Assembly: GCA_050733215.1 (NCBI GenBank)
Contig: JBOHSN010000006.1
Coordinates: 4,708-68,707, forward strand
DNA from: Gemmatimonadales bacterium
GTDB lineage: Bacteria > Gemmatimonadota > Gemmatimonadetes > Gemmatimonadales > GWC2-71-9
DNA: 64,000 nt
Direction of reading: 5' to 3'
In this document: piece by piece, positions 8,644 to 18,193 of the stretch
Layout: every line of letters begins with the position of its first letter
Position numbering within the stretch: the stretch's first letter is position 1
The notes under the pieces: model-generated
Told to the model about the DNA's origin: nothing
The model's database searches: none
Seen by the model: the letters and a program-made list of their open reading frames with translations, nothing else
Translations under genes and position numbers: made by a program

Positions 8644-10437
8644 ATGTCCGTCCCCCTCATCCGGCGCGCGCTTTACGTCCTCGCGCCGACCGTCGCCGCC
8701 CTGACCGCCGCCTGTAGTCGCCCCGACGCCCAAGCCCGTACAACTACGAAGGATCCCGCCGCCGCCGTCACCGCGTTGGCGGACGAGTACTTCGCCGGGC
8801 TGATCGAGCGAATGCCCGAGATCGCGACCTTCTGGGGCCTGACCGACGCCCGCCATGACGGCATCTCGGACGCTTCGCCGGAGGCGCTCGCGCGCTGGGA
8901 GACACGGCAGGACGCATGGCTCGCGCGGGCGGCCGCACTCGACCAGGCCGCGCTCGACGGCACGCCGCAGGCCGTAACCTACGCCATCCTTCGCGAGTCG
9001 CTCGAGTCGGCCAAGCGCACCCGTGTGTGCCGTCCGCAGCTATGGGGCGTGAGCCAGCTCTTCGGGTGGCAGGTCGGGTATCCCCGGCTGGGCAGCCTCC
9101 AGCCGCTTGGCGACTCCGCCGGTCGGGCCCAGGCGCTCGACCGCTGGCGCGGGATCCCGGGGTTCGTGGACCAAAGCGTGGCCAACCTGCGGGAAGGTGT
9201 GCGGCTGGGCTATACCGCGCCGCGCGGGAATGTCGAGGCGGTGCTCGAGCAGGTGGACGCGCTCCTCGCCGCCGAGCCCGAGGCATCGCCGTTCGCGCTC
9301 ATGATTCGCCGCGACTCCACGCCGGCGTTCCGGGAGGCGCTCACGGCCATCGTGCGCGACGAGATCAATCCGGCGCTTCGGCGCTACCGCGCATACCTGG
9401 CCGACGAGTATCGTACGAAGGCACGTACCGACCCCGCGGTCGCCGCGCTGCCGAACGGCGGGGAGTGCTATCGCGCCGCTATCCGGAACTTCACCACTCT
9501 CGATCTGGCCCCGAAGGCGGTGCACGAGCTCGGCCTCCGGGAGATGGTGCGCATCGAGTCCGAGATGCGTGCCATCGGCGAGCGGAGCTTCGGCACGTCG
9601 GACGTGAAGCCGCTGCTGGAGCGGCTCCGCACCGATCCGAAATACACCTTCCGCTCGCGGGAGGAGATCATCCGTGTGGCCGAGGAAGCCACTGCGCGCG
9701 CCAAGGCCGCCGCGCCGAAGGTCTTCAACCGGATGCCCAAGGCCGACATGATCGTGGATCCCTGCCAGCCGTTCGAGGAGAAGTCCGGCTGCCCCGCGTC
9801 ATACAGCCAGGCGTCGGAGGACGGCACGCGCCCGGGCCGCTATCGCATCAACGCGGGAAGCCCCCGCACCACGCCCCGCGCCTCGGCCGAGGCCACGGCG
9901 TTCCACGAGGGGATCCCGGGCCACCATTTCCAGGTCGCGCTCGCGGCCGAGCGGCCGGGCGCGCATCCGCTGACCCGGTACCTGTTCAACAGCGGCTTCG
10001 GCGAGGGATGGGCGCTGTACGCCGAGCAGGTCGCCAACGAGCTGGGCTTGTATTCGTCCGACCTCGACCAACTGGGCCGTCTCTCCAGCGACGCGCTGCG
10101 GGCCTCACGCCTCGTCGTGGACGCGGGCATTCACGCGCTCGGCTGGAGCCGGCAGCAGGCGATCGATTACATGGTCGCGCACACGGCGGAGTCGAAGGCG
10201 TTCATCGAGTCGGAGGTGGATCGCTACATCATCCTCCCCGGCCAGGCCACGGCCTACATGGTGGGTCGGCTCGAGATCGAGCGGCTCCGCAAGGAAGCGG
10301 AGAAGCGGATGGGTGATCGCTTCGACATCCGCGCCTTCCACGACCGCGTGCTGGAGGACGGGAGCGTGCCGCTGTCGCTGCTCCGGCGGAAAATCGAGCG
10401 CTGGGCTGCCGAGGGGACGACGGCGCCGACGTCTTGA
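8644..10437 (+). CDS. DUF885 family lipoprotein (putative metallopeptidase-like)
   Basis: Lipobox LTAACS. The conserved DUF885 motif AFHEGIPGHHFQ is present and the 597-aa length is typical. Confidence 0.85.
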   Translation: MSVPLIRRALYVLAPTVAALTAACSRPDAQARTTTKDPAAAVTALADEYFAGLIERMPEIATFWGLTDARHDGISDASPEALARWETRQDAWLARAAALDQAALDGTPQAVTYAILRESLESAKRTRVCRPQLWGVSQLFGWQVGYPRLGSLQPLGDSAGRAQALDRWRGIPGFVDQSVANLREGVRLGYTAPRGNVEAVLEQVDALLAAEPEASPFALMIRRDSTPAFREALTAIVRDEINPALRRYRAYLADEYRTKARTDPAVAALPNGGECYRAAIRNFTTLDLAPKAVHELGLREMVRIESEMRAIGERSFGTSDVKPLLERLRTDPKYTFRSREEIIRVAEEATARAKAAAPKVFNRMPKADMIVDPCQPFEEKSGCPASYSQASEDGTRPGRYRINAGSPRTTPRASAEATAFHEGIPGHHFQVALAAERPGAHPLTRYLFNSGFGEGWALYAEQVANELGLYSSDLDQLGRLSSDALRASRLVVDAGIHALGWSRQQAIDYMVAHTAESKAFIESEVDRYIILPGQATAYMVGRLEIERLRKEAEKRMGDRFDIRAFHDRVLEDGSVPLSLLRRKIERWAAEGTTAPTS

Positions 10438-10493
10438 CGGCACCTTGACCGGAGCGGGGCAGCTTCCTCTCGTCTCCAGCGGGCGAGGGAATC

Positions 10494-10988
10494 ATGAGGT
10501 ACGCCGCGATGGGCGTGTGGTTCGTGCTGTGGGCGCCGGTGCTCGCCGCCCAGTCGGATGCACCGGGGCCGCGGGGCGTGACCGTGCTCACGGGGGTCGG
10601 GAACTCGTTGGGATGGTTCGGCGCTCAGGGCGAGCGGTACTTCGCCGGCGACCGGATATCCCTGTTCGCCGGACTGGGCTACACGCCCAATGTGGATGAG
10701 AATCCGTCAGGCGTCACGGTGGCGTCGGGGCTGCGCGGGTTCACCCGGGGAGACAAGCACCGGGGCTTCCTCGAGCTGTCAATCTCGCAGATCGCGATCC
10801 AGTCGGGAATCGAGCGCCGGTTGTATGGACCGGGGCTTCAGGCCGGCTGGCAATTCGTATCGCGCGGGGGGTTCACCGTCATGACCTCGGCGGGCCTGGG
10901 GTACATTCCGGCCGCGGACGTGAGCGAGCCGGTGCAATTGTTGATCGGGCTGGGACTCGGCTACACCTGGCGGCGCCCGCCGCCTTGA
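10494..10988 (+). CDS. Small secreted beta-barrel-like hypothetical protein
   Basis: Signal peptide [21 protein letters not shown], Gly/aromatic-rich alternating strands, and a GAGGGA SD-like sequence upstream. Confidence 0.5.
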   Translation: MRYAAMGVWFVLWAPVLAAQSDAPGPRGVTVLTGVGNSLGWFGAQGERYFAGDRISLFAGLGYTPNVDENPSGVTVASGLRGFTRGDKHRGFLELSISQIAIQSGIERRLYGPGLQAGWQFVSRGGFTVMTSAGLGYIPAADVSEPVQLLIGLGLGYTWRRPPP

Positions 10989-11098
10989 TTTCGCCCAGAC
11001 CGGCCCGTAACTTCCGAGATGGCACCCACGACACTCGGCCCGCCAGGCGCCCCGCCGGGGCACCTGCGGGCCGTCGCGCATCCGTCACACGTTCCAGC

Positions 11099-12559
11099 AT
11101 GAGCCGAATCCGCCAGGCCGTCGGGCTCACCTTCGACGACGTACTCCTCGTGCCGCGGCATTCGACCGTGCATCCGCGCGAGGTTTCCACCCTGAGCCGG
11201 CTCACCCGCTCCATCCCGCTCAACATCCCGCTCATCTCCGCCGCCATGGACACCGTCACCGAAGCCGAAATGGCCATCGCCATGGCGCGCGCCGGAGGCA
11301 TCGGGGTGATCCACAAGAACATGACGATCGACCGCCAGGCGGCCGAAGTCGATCGGGTGAAGCGCAGCGAGAGCGGGATGATCCTCAACCCGATCACGCT
11401 GGGGCCCGAGCGTCCGGTGCGCGAGGCCTACGCGCTGATGCGGCGGTTCAAGATCTCGGGTGTCCCCATCGTGGACGGCGAGGGCCGCCTCATCGGGATC
11501 ATCACCAACCGCGATCTCCAGTTCGAGCGGAATCTCGACCAGCCGATTCGCGACGCGATGACGAAGGAAAAGCTCGTGACCGCGCCGGTCGGCACCGATC
11601 TCGACGAGGCCGAGCGGATCCTCGCGCGCCACCGTATCGAGAAGCTGCCGGTGGTGGACGCCAGGGGCGTGCTCAAGGGCCTGATCACGGTCAAGGACAT
11701 CTTCAAGCGCCGCGAGCATCCTGACGCCAACAAGGACCAGCACGGCCGTCTCCGGGTCGCTGCCGCCGTGGGTGGCGCGCCCGATGCCGTCACCCGCGCG
11801 CGCGCCCTGGTCGGCGCCGGCGTGGATGTGCTCTGCGTGGACTCGGCACACGGGCACAGCGAAGCCGTGCTCCAGGCGCTCGACGCCATCAAGGAGAGCT
11901 TCCCCGACGTCGAAGTCATCGCGGGCAACGTCGCCACCGAGGCGGGAGCGCGCGAGCTGGTCCGGCGCGGGGCCGACGCCGTCAAGGTGGGCATCGGTCC
12001 GGGCAGCATCTGCACCACCCGCGTGGTCACCGGCGTGGGTGTTCCGCAGGTCACCGCCATCCAGGACGCCGGGCGCGGCGCGGGCGACGTGCCGATCATC
12101 GCCGACGGCGGCATCAAGTACTCCGGCGACGTCGTCAAGGCGATCGCCGCCGGGGCGTCCGCCGCGATGATGGGATCGATGCTCGCTGGCACCGAGGAGA
12201 GCCCCGGCGAGGCGGTGCTGGCCGAGGGCCGGCGCTTCAAGATGATCCGCGGCATGGGCAGCCTGTCGGCCATGCAGGACGGCAGCGCCGACCGGTACTT
12301 CCAGGAAGGCGAGATGACGCCCACCAAGATGGTGCCCGAGGGCATCGAGGGCCGCGTCCCCTACAAGGGCCCGGTGGCCGACGTGCTCTTCCAGATGGTG
12401 GGCGGGCTCCGGAGCGGGATGGGGTACTGCGGCGTCGCCAACCTCGCGGCGCTCCAGTGCGACGTCGAGATGATCCGCGTAACCGCGGCGGGCCTGCGCG
12501 AGTCACACCCGCACGACGTCACGATTACGCGCGAAGCACCGAACTACAGTAAGCAGTGA
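11099..12559 (+). CDS. guaB: IMP dehydrogenase
   Basis: [22 protein letters not shown]..., a CBS pair, the catalytic [11 protein letters not shown] loop and GGIKYSGD. The ATG at 11099 lies inside ORF 10985..12559. Confidence 0.95.
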   Translation: MSRIRQAVGLTFDDVLLVPRHSTVHPREVSTLSRLTRSIPLNIPLISAAMDTVTEAEMAIAMARAGGIGVIHKNMTIDRQAAEVDRVKRSESGMILNPITLGPERPVREAYALMRRFKISGVPIVDGEGRLIGIITNRDLQFERNLDQPIRDAMTKEKLVTAPVGTDLDEAERILARHRIEKLPVVDARGVLKGLITVKDIFKRREHPDANKDQHGRLRVAAAVGGAPDAVTRARALVGAGVDVLCVDSAHGHSEAVLQALDAIKESFPDVEVIAGNVATEAGARELVRRGADAVKVGIGPGSICTTRVVTGVGVPQVTAIQDAGRGAGDVPIIADGGIKYSGDVVKAIAAGASAAMMGSMLAGTEESPGEAVLAEGRRFKMIRGMGSLSAMQDGSADRYFQEGEMTPTKMVPEGIEGRVPYKGPVADVLFQMVGGLRSGMGYCGVANLAALQCDVEMIRVTAAGLRESHPHDVTITREAPNYSKQ

Positions 12560-12683
12560 GCAGTAAGCAGTAAGCTGGGGATTCCGGTGCCCGGGCAGAT
12601 CCCGTACGCCCCCGCTCACCGCTTACCGCTCACCGTTTACTGCTCACCGTTTACTGCTCACTGCTCACTGCTCACTGCTCACC
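12548..12683. repeat. Inverted heptamer arrays: AGTRAGC x4 (12548-12575) and GCTYACY/GTTTACT x10 (12614-12683), 38-nt spacer
   Basis: Direct reading. The left arm contains the guaB stop codon (TGA 12557-12559). The right arm ends 17 nt before the permease ATG. Confidence 0.95.
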
Positions 12684-12700
12684 CCAACCAGAGGATCCCC

Positions 12701-14137
12701 ATGGATCTCTTCCGGCGGAAGAGCGTCACCGATCTCCAGGCCGAAGCCACGAGCGAGGGTGGCCTCAAGCGCTCGCTGGGCGCGTTCAATCTGGTGATGC
12801 TGGGCATCGGCGCCATCATCGGCACCGGCATCTTCGTGCTGACCGGCACGGTGGCCGCGCAGAACGCCGGCCCGGCGGTGGTGCTGTCGTTCGTGCTGGC
12901 CGGACTGGCGTCGATCTTCGCCGCGCTTTGTTACGCCGAGTTCGCCTCCGTCGTGCCGATCGCCGGCAGCGCGTACACCTACGGCTACGCCACGCTCGGC
13001 GAGTTCTTCGCCTGGATCATCGGCTGGGATCTGATCCTCGAGTACGCGCTGGGCGCGGTGACCGTCGCCATCGGCTGGTCGGGATACGTCGTGTCGTTTC
13101 TCAGGGACTTCGGCATCGTCATCCCGCCCCAGCTGACCGCCGCGCGGGGGAGCGTGGTGACGCTCGCCGACGGGTCCACAGTCACGGCGCTGTTCAACCT
13201 GCCGGCCGTGCTCATCGTCGCGCTGGTGACGGCGCTGCTGGTCGTCGGCATCCGCGAATCGGCCAACGTCAATAACGTGATCGTGGTGATCAAGGTGACG
13301 GTGGTGCTGCTGTTCATCGGTCTGGCGGCGCCGCACATCGTCCCGGAGAACTGGGTGCCATTCATCCCGCCAAACACCGGCGTCCGGGAGCACTTCGGCT
13401 GGACCGGCGTCGTGGCGGGCGCCGGCGTCGTGTTCTTCGCTTATATCGGCTTCGACGCCGTGAGTACCGCGGCCCAGGAAGCGAAGAACCCCCAGCGCGA
13501 CATGCCGATCGGCATCATCGGGTCGCTGATCGTGTGCACGATCCTCTACATCGTCGTGTCGGGCATCGCGGCGGGCGTGGTGCCCTACCGGGAACTCGAC
13601 GTGCCCGATCCGATCGCGCTCGTCGCGGATCGCGCTGGGCTCGGCTGGTTCGCGACGCTGATCAAGGTCGGCGCGATCGCGGGCCTGAGCTCGGTGATCC
13701 TGGTGATGCTCCTCGGCCAGGCCCGCGTCTTCTACTCGATGTCGAACGACGGGCTGCTTCCGCCGTTCGTGAACAAGATCCACCCCCGCTTCCGCACGCC
13801 CTGGCTCACCCAGATCCTCACCGGGATTGCGGTGGTCATACCCGCCGCGCTGCTGACGGTCCGCGAGGCGGGCTCGCTGGTGTCCATCGGCACGCTGCTG
13901 GCATTCGTCATCGTTTCCATCGGCATCATCGCGCTGCGCATCCGTGAGCCCAACCTGCCGCGGCCGTTCAAGACGCCGGCCGTCTGGGTCGTCGCGCCGC
14001 TCGGAGCGCTGACCTCGTTCTACCTGATGTATTTCCTTCCGTGGCGAACCTGGGAGCGGCTGCTCATCTGGCTCGCGATCGGGCTGGTGATCTATTTCGC
14101 GTACGGCAGGACGCACTCGAAGCTGGCAAAGCGGTGA
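12701..14137 (+). CDS. APC-superfamily amino acid permease (cationic amino acid transporter-like)
   Basis: Starts at MDLFRRKSVTDLQAE, with a GAGGA SD at 12691. Contains the motif YAEFASVVPIAGSAYTY. The 38 codons of ORF 12587 upstream of this start are a translation of the repeat array. Confidence 0.9.
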   Translation: MDLFRRKSVTDLQAEATSEGGLKRSLGAFNLVMLGIGAIIGTGIFVLTGTVAAQNAGPAVVLSFVLAGLASIFAALCYAEFASVVPIAGSAYTYGYATLGEFFAWIIGWDLILEYALGAVTVAIGWSGYVVSFLRDFGIVIPPQLTAARGSVVTLADGSTVTALFNLPAVLIVALVTALLVVGIRESANVNNVIVVIKVTVVLLFIGLAAPHIVPENWVPFIPPNTGVREHFGWTGVVAGAGVVFFAYIGFDAVSTAAQEAKNPQRDMPIGIIGSLIVCTILYIVVSGIAAGVVPYRELDVPDPIALVADRAGLGWFATLIKVGAIAGLSSVILVMLLGQARVFYSMSNDGLLPPFVNKIHPRFRTPWLTQILTGIAVVIPAALLTVREAGSLVSIGTLLAFVIVSIGIIALRIREPNLPRPFKTPAVWVVAPLGALTSFYLMYFLPWRTWERLLIWLAIGLVIYFAYGRTHSKLAKR

Positions 14138-14164
14138 GACCCAGGGTGAGCTTACTATTCCCCC

Positions 14165-15184
14165 ATGCCGACGCTGACTGCCGAGGAGCTGGCCGCCGCC
14201 GAGGCGCTCGCCGCCGTCTTCCAATGCGGCCAGCGCGTCTGCCTCACCACCCACGTCAACCCGGATGGCGACGGCCTCGGCAGCGAAGCCGCGCTGGCGC
14301 ATCTCCTCCGCGCCCGCGGCCTCGAGGTGAGCGTCACCAACCCCACGCCGACTCCCGCCCGCTTCCGGTTCCTCTTCGAGGAGCTTCCCGGCGTGGACCG
14401 CACCGGCGAGGCAGTGAAGGAGATCCGCCGAGCCGATGTCATCGTCGTGCTCGACATCTCCGAGCTCGGCCGGCTCGGCATGCTCGCGGAGCCGGTGCGG
14501 GAACGCGGGGTGCCGGTCGCCTGTATCGACCATCACGTAAGCCCGGGGATCCTCCCGCCGGGTCCGCGGTACCTGGACCCCACCGCCTCGGCCACCGGCG
14601 AGCTGGTGTTCGAGGTGGCGAAGGCCAACGGCTGGCGGCTCGAACAGCCGGCGGCCCGCGGCCTGTACGTCGCCCTGCTCACCGACACCGGCGGCTTCCG
14701 CTTCAGCAACACGCATCCACGCACGCTGCGCATCGCCGCGGAGCTGCTCGAGACCGGGCTCGACCCCGAGGGCATCTATCTCGATGTCTACGCGCGGGCG
14801 CCCGAAGGCCGGCCCAGACTTCTCGCCGAAGCGCTCCAGACGCTGGTGGTCGAGCCCGAAGTCGGTCTCGCCTGGGTGACGGTGCCGCCCGGTGCGGTGG
14901 AACGGTTCGGCCTCACCTCGGATGATCTGGATGGAGTGGTCGAGTACCCCAGGTCGGTGGATGGCGTGCGCATGGCCCTGCTGTTCCGTGAGGTGTCGGC
15001 GGGGCGGGTAAAGGTGTCGCTGCGCTCGGTCGGGAGCGTGGATGTCGCCGCGTTTGCGCGGCAGTTCGGCGGGGGCGGGCACACCAAGGCCGCCGGCCTG
15101 GCCGTGGTCGGCTCGCTGGGGGAGGTCCAGGCGACGGTGCTCAGCGCTGCCCGGACGTACCTGGCGGGAAATGGACGCCCATGA
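14165..15184 (+). CDS. nrnA: DHH/DHHA1 phosphoesterase (NrnA-like oligoribonuclease / pAp phosphatase)
   Basis: Motifs HVNPDGDGLGS, IDHH and GGGGH (DHHA1). Confidence 0.8.
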   Translation: MPTLTAEELAAAEALAAVFQCGQRVCLTTHVNPDGDGLGSEAALAHLLRARGLEVSVTNPTPTPARFRFLFEELPGVDRTGEAVKEIRRADVIVVLDISELGRLGMLAEPVRERGVPVACIDHHVSPGILPPGPRYLDPTASATGELVFEVAKANGWRLEQPAARGLYVALLTDTGGFRFSNTHPRTLRIAAELLETGLDPEGIYLDVYARAPEGRPRLLAEALQTLVVEPEVGLAWVTVPPGAVERFGLTSDDLDGVVEYPRSVDGVRMALLFREVSAGRVKVSLRSVGSVDVAAFARQFGGGGHTKAAGLAVVGSLGEVQATVLSAARTYLAGNGRP

Positions 15185-15235
15185 CCTCCGGGGCGGCATA
15201 TTGCCGACAACGGCGCTAGGAATTAGCCTCAGATC

Positions 15236-15466
15236 ATGGAGATCATCGACCGCATCGAGCGCACCCTCGATCTGCTTCGTCCCTACATCGCCTCCCACCG
15301 CGGCAATGTGGAGGTGGTGGATTTCGACGAGGGGGAGGGCCGGCTGCTGCTCCGCCTGGGCGGCACCTGCCATGGGTGCAGCGCGTCGACTGTCACCCTG
15401 AAGCAGGGGATCGAGCTCCGGCTCCGCGAGCTGGTACCGGAAGTGAAGACCGTCGACGCCGTCTGA
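15236..15466 (+). CDS. NifU C-terminal-domain Fe-S assembly protein
   Basis: 76 aa with CHGC (GTCHGCSAS), typical of the Nfu/NifU C-terminal domain. Confidence 0.8.
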   Translation: MEIIDRIERTLDLLRPYIASHRGNVEVVDFDEGEGRLLLRLGGTCHGCSASTVTLKQGIELRLRELVPEVKTVDAV

Positions 15467-15473
15467 GCCTCCC

Positions 15474-16580
15474 GTGACCGAGTCCCTCCAGGCGCGGGTC
15501 ATCGCCGCGCTTTCCCGCATCCAGAACCCCCGTCTCGACGCCGACCTGCTCTCCGCCGGCATGGTGCGGGACCTTGTGGTCACGCCCGAGGGCGCGGTGT
15601 CATTCACGTTCCTGCTCTCGCGCGAGGACCCAGCGACACTGGTACGCGAGGCCCGGAACGCGGTGAGCGGGGTGGAAGGCGTTCGGCGCGAGGACGTGAA
15701 GATCTCGGTGGCCGATCCGGCCGGCCCCGCTCGCGCTACCCACGCGCCACCCGGCGCGGTGCCGGCCAATATTGCCCCGCCCCCGCCGCCGGAGCAGCCG
15801 AACCTCGGCCGGATCATCGCGGTCTCCTCGGGCAAGGGTGGTGTGGGCAAGTCCACCGTGGCCGCGAACCTCGCGGTGGCGCTGGCAGAGGCGGGGCACG
15901 CAGTCGGAATCATGGACGCCGACATCTACGGGCCCAACATCCCGCGCATGTTCGGCGTGTTCGACAAGCCGCCGGTGTTCGGCGGGCGGATTCAACCGCT
16001 CGCCGCCCACGGGGTCAAGCTGATGTCGCTGGGGTTCCTGGTTGAGCGTGACGCCCCCGCCATCTGGCGCGGTCCGATCATCATGAAGGTCGTGCAGCAG
16101 TTCCTGCGCGACGTGGACTGGGGCCGCCTGGATTATTTCCTGGTGGATCTTCCGCCGGGCACGGGCGACGCGCAGCTCTCACTGGTGCAGTCCACCCACG
16201 TCTCCGGCGCGCTGATCGTGACGACACCGCAGGAGGTGGCCGTGGGCGACGCCCTCAGAGGCGCCCGGATGTTCGAGCGCGTGGGGGTCCCGGTGCTGGG
16301 CGTGGTCGAGAACATGAGCGGCTATACCGATCCGGAGACCGGCCGCCGCGTCGAGTTCTTCGGGTCGGGCGGCGGGCGCCGGCTGGCGGAGGAGATCGGC
16401 GCGCCCCTCCTCGGCGAAGTGCCGCTCCAGCCTCGTCTGGCCCTGCATGCCGACGAGGGTCGGCCGGTCCTCGTGGCCGAGCCCGAGAGCCCCGCCGCCC
16501 TCACCCTCCGCGCGATCGCGGACGCGCTCGTCAAGGAGGCCGGCGGTCGGGTGGTCGAGCTGCCGATTCTCCGGGGCTAG
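15474..16580 (+). CDS. apbC: Mrp/NBP35 (ApbC) Fe-S cluster carrier ATPase
   Basis: N-terminal DUF59-like segment, a deviant Walker A SGKGGVGKST, and the overall Mrp pattern (DLPPGTGD, ENMS). Confidence 0.9.
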   Translation: MTESLQARVIAALSRIQNPRLDADLLSAGMVRDLVVTPEGAVSFTFLLSREDPATLVREARNAVSGVEGVRREDVKISVADPAGPARATHAPPGAVPANIAPPPPPEQPNLGRIIAVSSGKGGVGKSTVAANLAVALAEAGHAVGIMDADIYGPNIPRMFGVFDKPPVFGGRIQPLAAHGVKLMSLGFLVERDAPAIWRGPIIMKVVQQFLRDVDWGRLDYFLVDLPPGTGDAQLSLVQSTHVSGALIVTTPQEVAVGDALRGARMFERVGVPVLGVVENMSGYTDPETGRRVEFFGSGGGRRLAEEIGAPLLGEVPLQPRLALHADEGRPVLVAEPESPAALTLRAIADALVKEAGGRVVELPILRG

Positions 16581-16605
16581 TCGGCTCCTCACGATCCAGC
16601 CGGCG

Positions 16606-16743
16606 TTTTTCACCGCAGAGACGCAGAGGCGCAGAGATATCGCAGAGTATTCGTTGTGGTCTCATGTCAGGAGATCCGAATGCTTGGCGTGAGGCCACAA
16701 CAATTCAGCAGTTCTCTGCGTCTCCGCGCCTCTGCGTGAAAAA
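16606..16743. repeat. About 138-nt imperfect hairpin built from octamer repeats (CGCAGAGR x3-4 / YCTCYGCG x3) with an inner inverted repeat TTGTGGTCTCA...TGAGGCCACAA
   Basis: Left arm tttttcaccgcagagacgcagaggcgcagaga. Right arm ttctctgcgtctccgcgcctctgcgtgaaaaa. Inner arms at 16654-16664 and 16690-16700. Confidence 0.85.
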
Positions 16744-16760
16744 TCCGGCGAACAAGTCCG

Positions 16761-17525
16761 ATGCCAATCATCACGCTGCTGACCGACTTCGGCACCCGTG
16801 ACGCCTACGTCGGCGAGCTGCGCGGTGTGCTCCTTACGCGGGCGCCCGGCGCGGTCCTCGCCGACATCACCCACGACATCGCGCCGGGCGACGTGCGGGC
16901 CGCCGCGTACGTGCTTGGCCGCACGTGGCCGAAATTCCCGGCCGGGACCGTGCACCTGGCCGTTGTCGATCCCGGCGTTGGCGGCGCGCGCGCGGCGCTC
17001 GCGATCCGGTCTGCCGGACATCATTTTGTCGGGCCCGACAACGGACTGTTGACTTCGGCGCTCACCGGCGCGCACGACGTCGTCGAGCTGCCGATTCCTC
17101 CCTCGGCGTCGGCCACGTTTCACGGACGCGACGTATTCGCGCCCGCCGCCGCTGCGCTGGCCGGCGGCACGCCCATGACCACGCTGGGCTCACCCCCTCT
17201 CAGGGTTCCGGTGCGGCTTCCGCCCGCCCTGCCGCGCAGTGAGGGGGACAGCCTGGTTGGCGAGGTGGTCTACGTGGACCGCTACGGCACGCTGGTGACG
17301 AACCTCGCGCCTGATGCCGGCGGCTTCGTGGAAATCGGCGGCTCGCGTCTGCCGCTCCGGCGCACGTTCAGCGACATCGCGCCGGGTGAGCTGGTGGCGT
17401 TCGTGGGTTCCGGCGGAGTGATCGAGATCGCGGTGCGGGACGGGTCGGCCGCGGAGCGGCTCGGTGCAGCGGTTGGAGCTTCGGCGCGCCTGGTACGGCC
17501 CCCAGGGAACGTCAGCCGCGAATGA
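16761..17525 (+). CDS. SAM hydrolase / SAM-dependent halogenase family protein (DUF62)
   Basis: MPIITLLTDFGTRDAYVGELRGV... and VVDPGVG are hallmark N-terminal motifs of this family. Confidence 0.8.
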   Translation: MPIITLLTDFGTRDAYVGELRGVLLTRAPGAVLADITHDIAPGDVRAAAYVLGRTWPKFPAGTVHLAVVDPGVGGARAALAIRSAGHHFVGPDNGLLTSALTGAHDVVELPIPPSASATFHGRDVFAPAAAALAGGTPMTTLGSPPLRVPVRLPPALPRSEGDSLVGEVVYVDRYGTLVTNLAPDAGGFVEIGGSRLPLRRTFSDIAPGELVAFVGSGGVIEIAVRDGSAAERLGAAVGASARLVRPPGNVSRE

Positions 17526-17565
17526 ACCCGAATCGACGCGACAACTGCAGCGGAGCGCCGCGGCT

Positions 17566-18189
17566 CTAACCCGAGCTCGTTCCGGTACCGCCCGCCTCCG
17601 CCAGCGGTTCGCCGCGTATTCTCCCCACTACGCGCTTGAAGAATCCGACCAGCTTCCACATTAGAAGCACGCAGAGGATCACGAGCACCACGACGATGGC
17701 GCCGGTGAGCACCGGATGCTCTGCGGCGAGCCACGCCAGCCCGATGGCCAGCATGTCCTCGACCGCGCTCAGGATCCAGTTGCTGAACGGCTCCGGGCTC
17801 GTGTTGGCCGCCGCGCGGGTAGTCGCCTTCGCGCCGTGCGAGGTGAGCGCGACACCACCCGCGAGGAGCGCCGCGCTCAGCTTCCAGCCCTCGGGCACGT
17901 CGCCGAACGCGCCGTATGCGAGGAGGGCGGCCGCGGGCGGCCGGATGAACGTGTGGATGGTGTCCCACGCGCTGTCCACGACCGGGATCTTGTCGGCGAC
18001 GAACTCGACCACGAAGAGCCCCAGGGCGATTCCCCAGACGATCGGCTGCGCGAGAACCTGGAGGGCAGGGGGAAGCTGGAAGACGCCGAAATGCTGGAGC
18101 AGCCCCGCGGCGGCGACAGTGGCGTAGAGGTTCAGCCCTGAGGCGAAGGAGGTGCCGAGCGTCCACCCCAGCGTTTCGAGCGGCGACAT
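17566..18189 (-). CDS. DUF4126 membrane protein
   Basis: 207 aa and multi-pass. The N-terminus ...FASGLNLYATVAAAGLL... and FVADKIPVVDS resemble DUF4126. Confidence 0.65.
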   Translation of the reverse strand: MSPLETLGWTLGTSFASGLNLYATVAAAGLLQHFGVFQLPPALQVLAQPIVWGIALGLFVVEFVADKIPVVDSAWDTIHTFIRPPAAALLAYGAFGDVPEGWKLSAALLAGGVALTSHGAKATTRAAANTSPEPFSNWILSAVEDMLAIGLAWLAAEHPVLTGAIVVVLVILCVLLMWKLVGFFKRVVGRIRGEPLAEAGGTGTSSG

Positions 18190-18193
18190 GCCA

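Noticed and set aside
12587-12700. N-terminal ORF extensions rich in PLTAH/SPLTAH/CSLLTAH peptides (also 55847..55909 minus and 55884..55907 plus)
   Set aside because: They are literal translations of heptamer arrays. Better starts with an SD or a signal peptide exist downstream (12701, 55846, 55908).
12665-15925. 1086-aa minus-strand ORF, and similar giants at 6688..8856, 57546..60080, 22316..23992, 24003..25508 and 44528..46189
   Set aside because: They are antisense to confidently recognised genes (permeases, nrnA, gspE-like, ubiD, ubiA/ubiX, mutase). Their translations are Arg/Gly/Pro/His-rich and low-complexity with no recognisable motifs. These are typical stop-poor shadow frames of 70% GC DNA.
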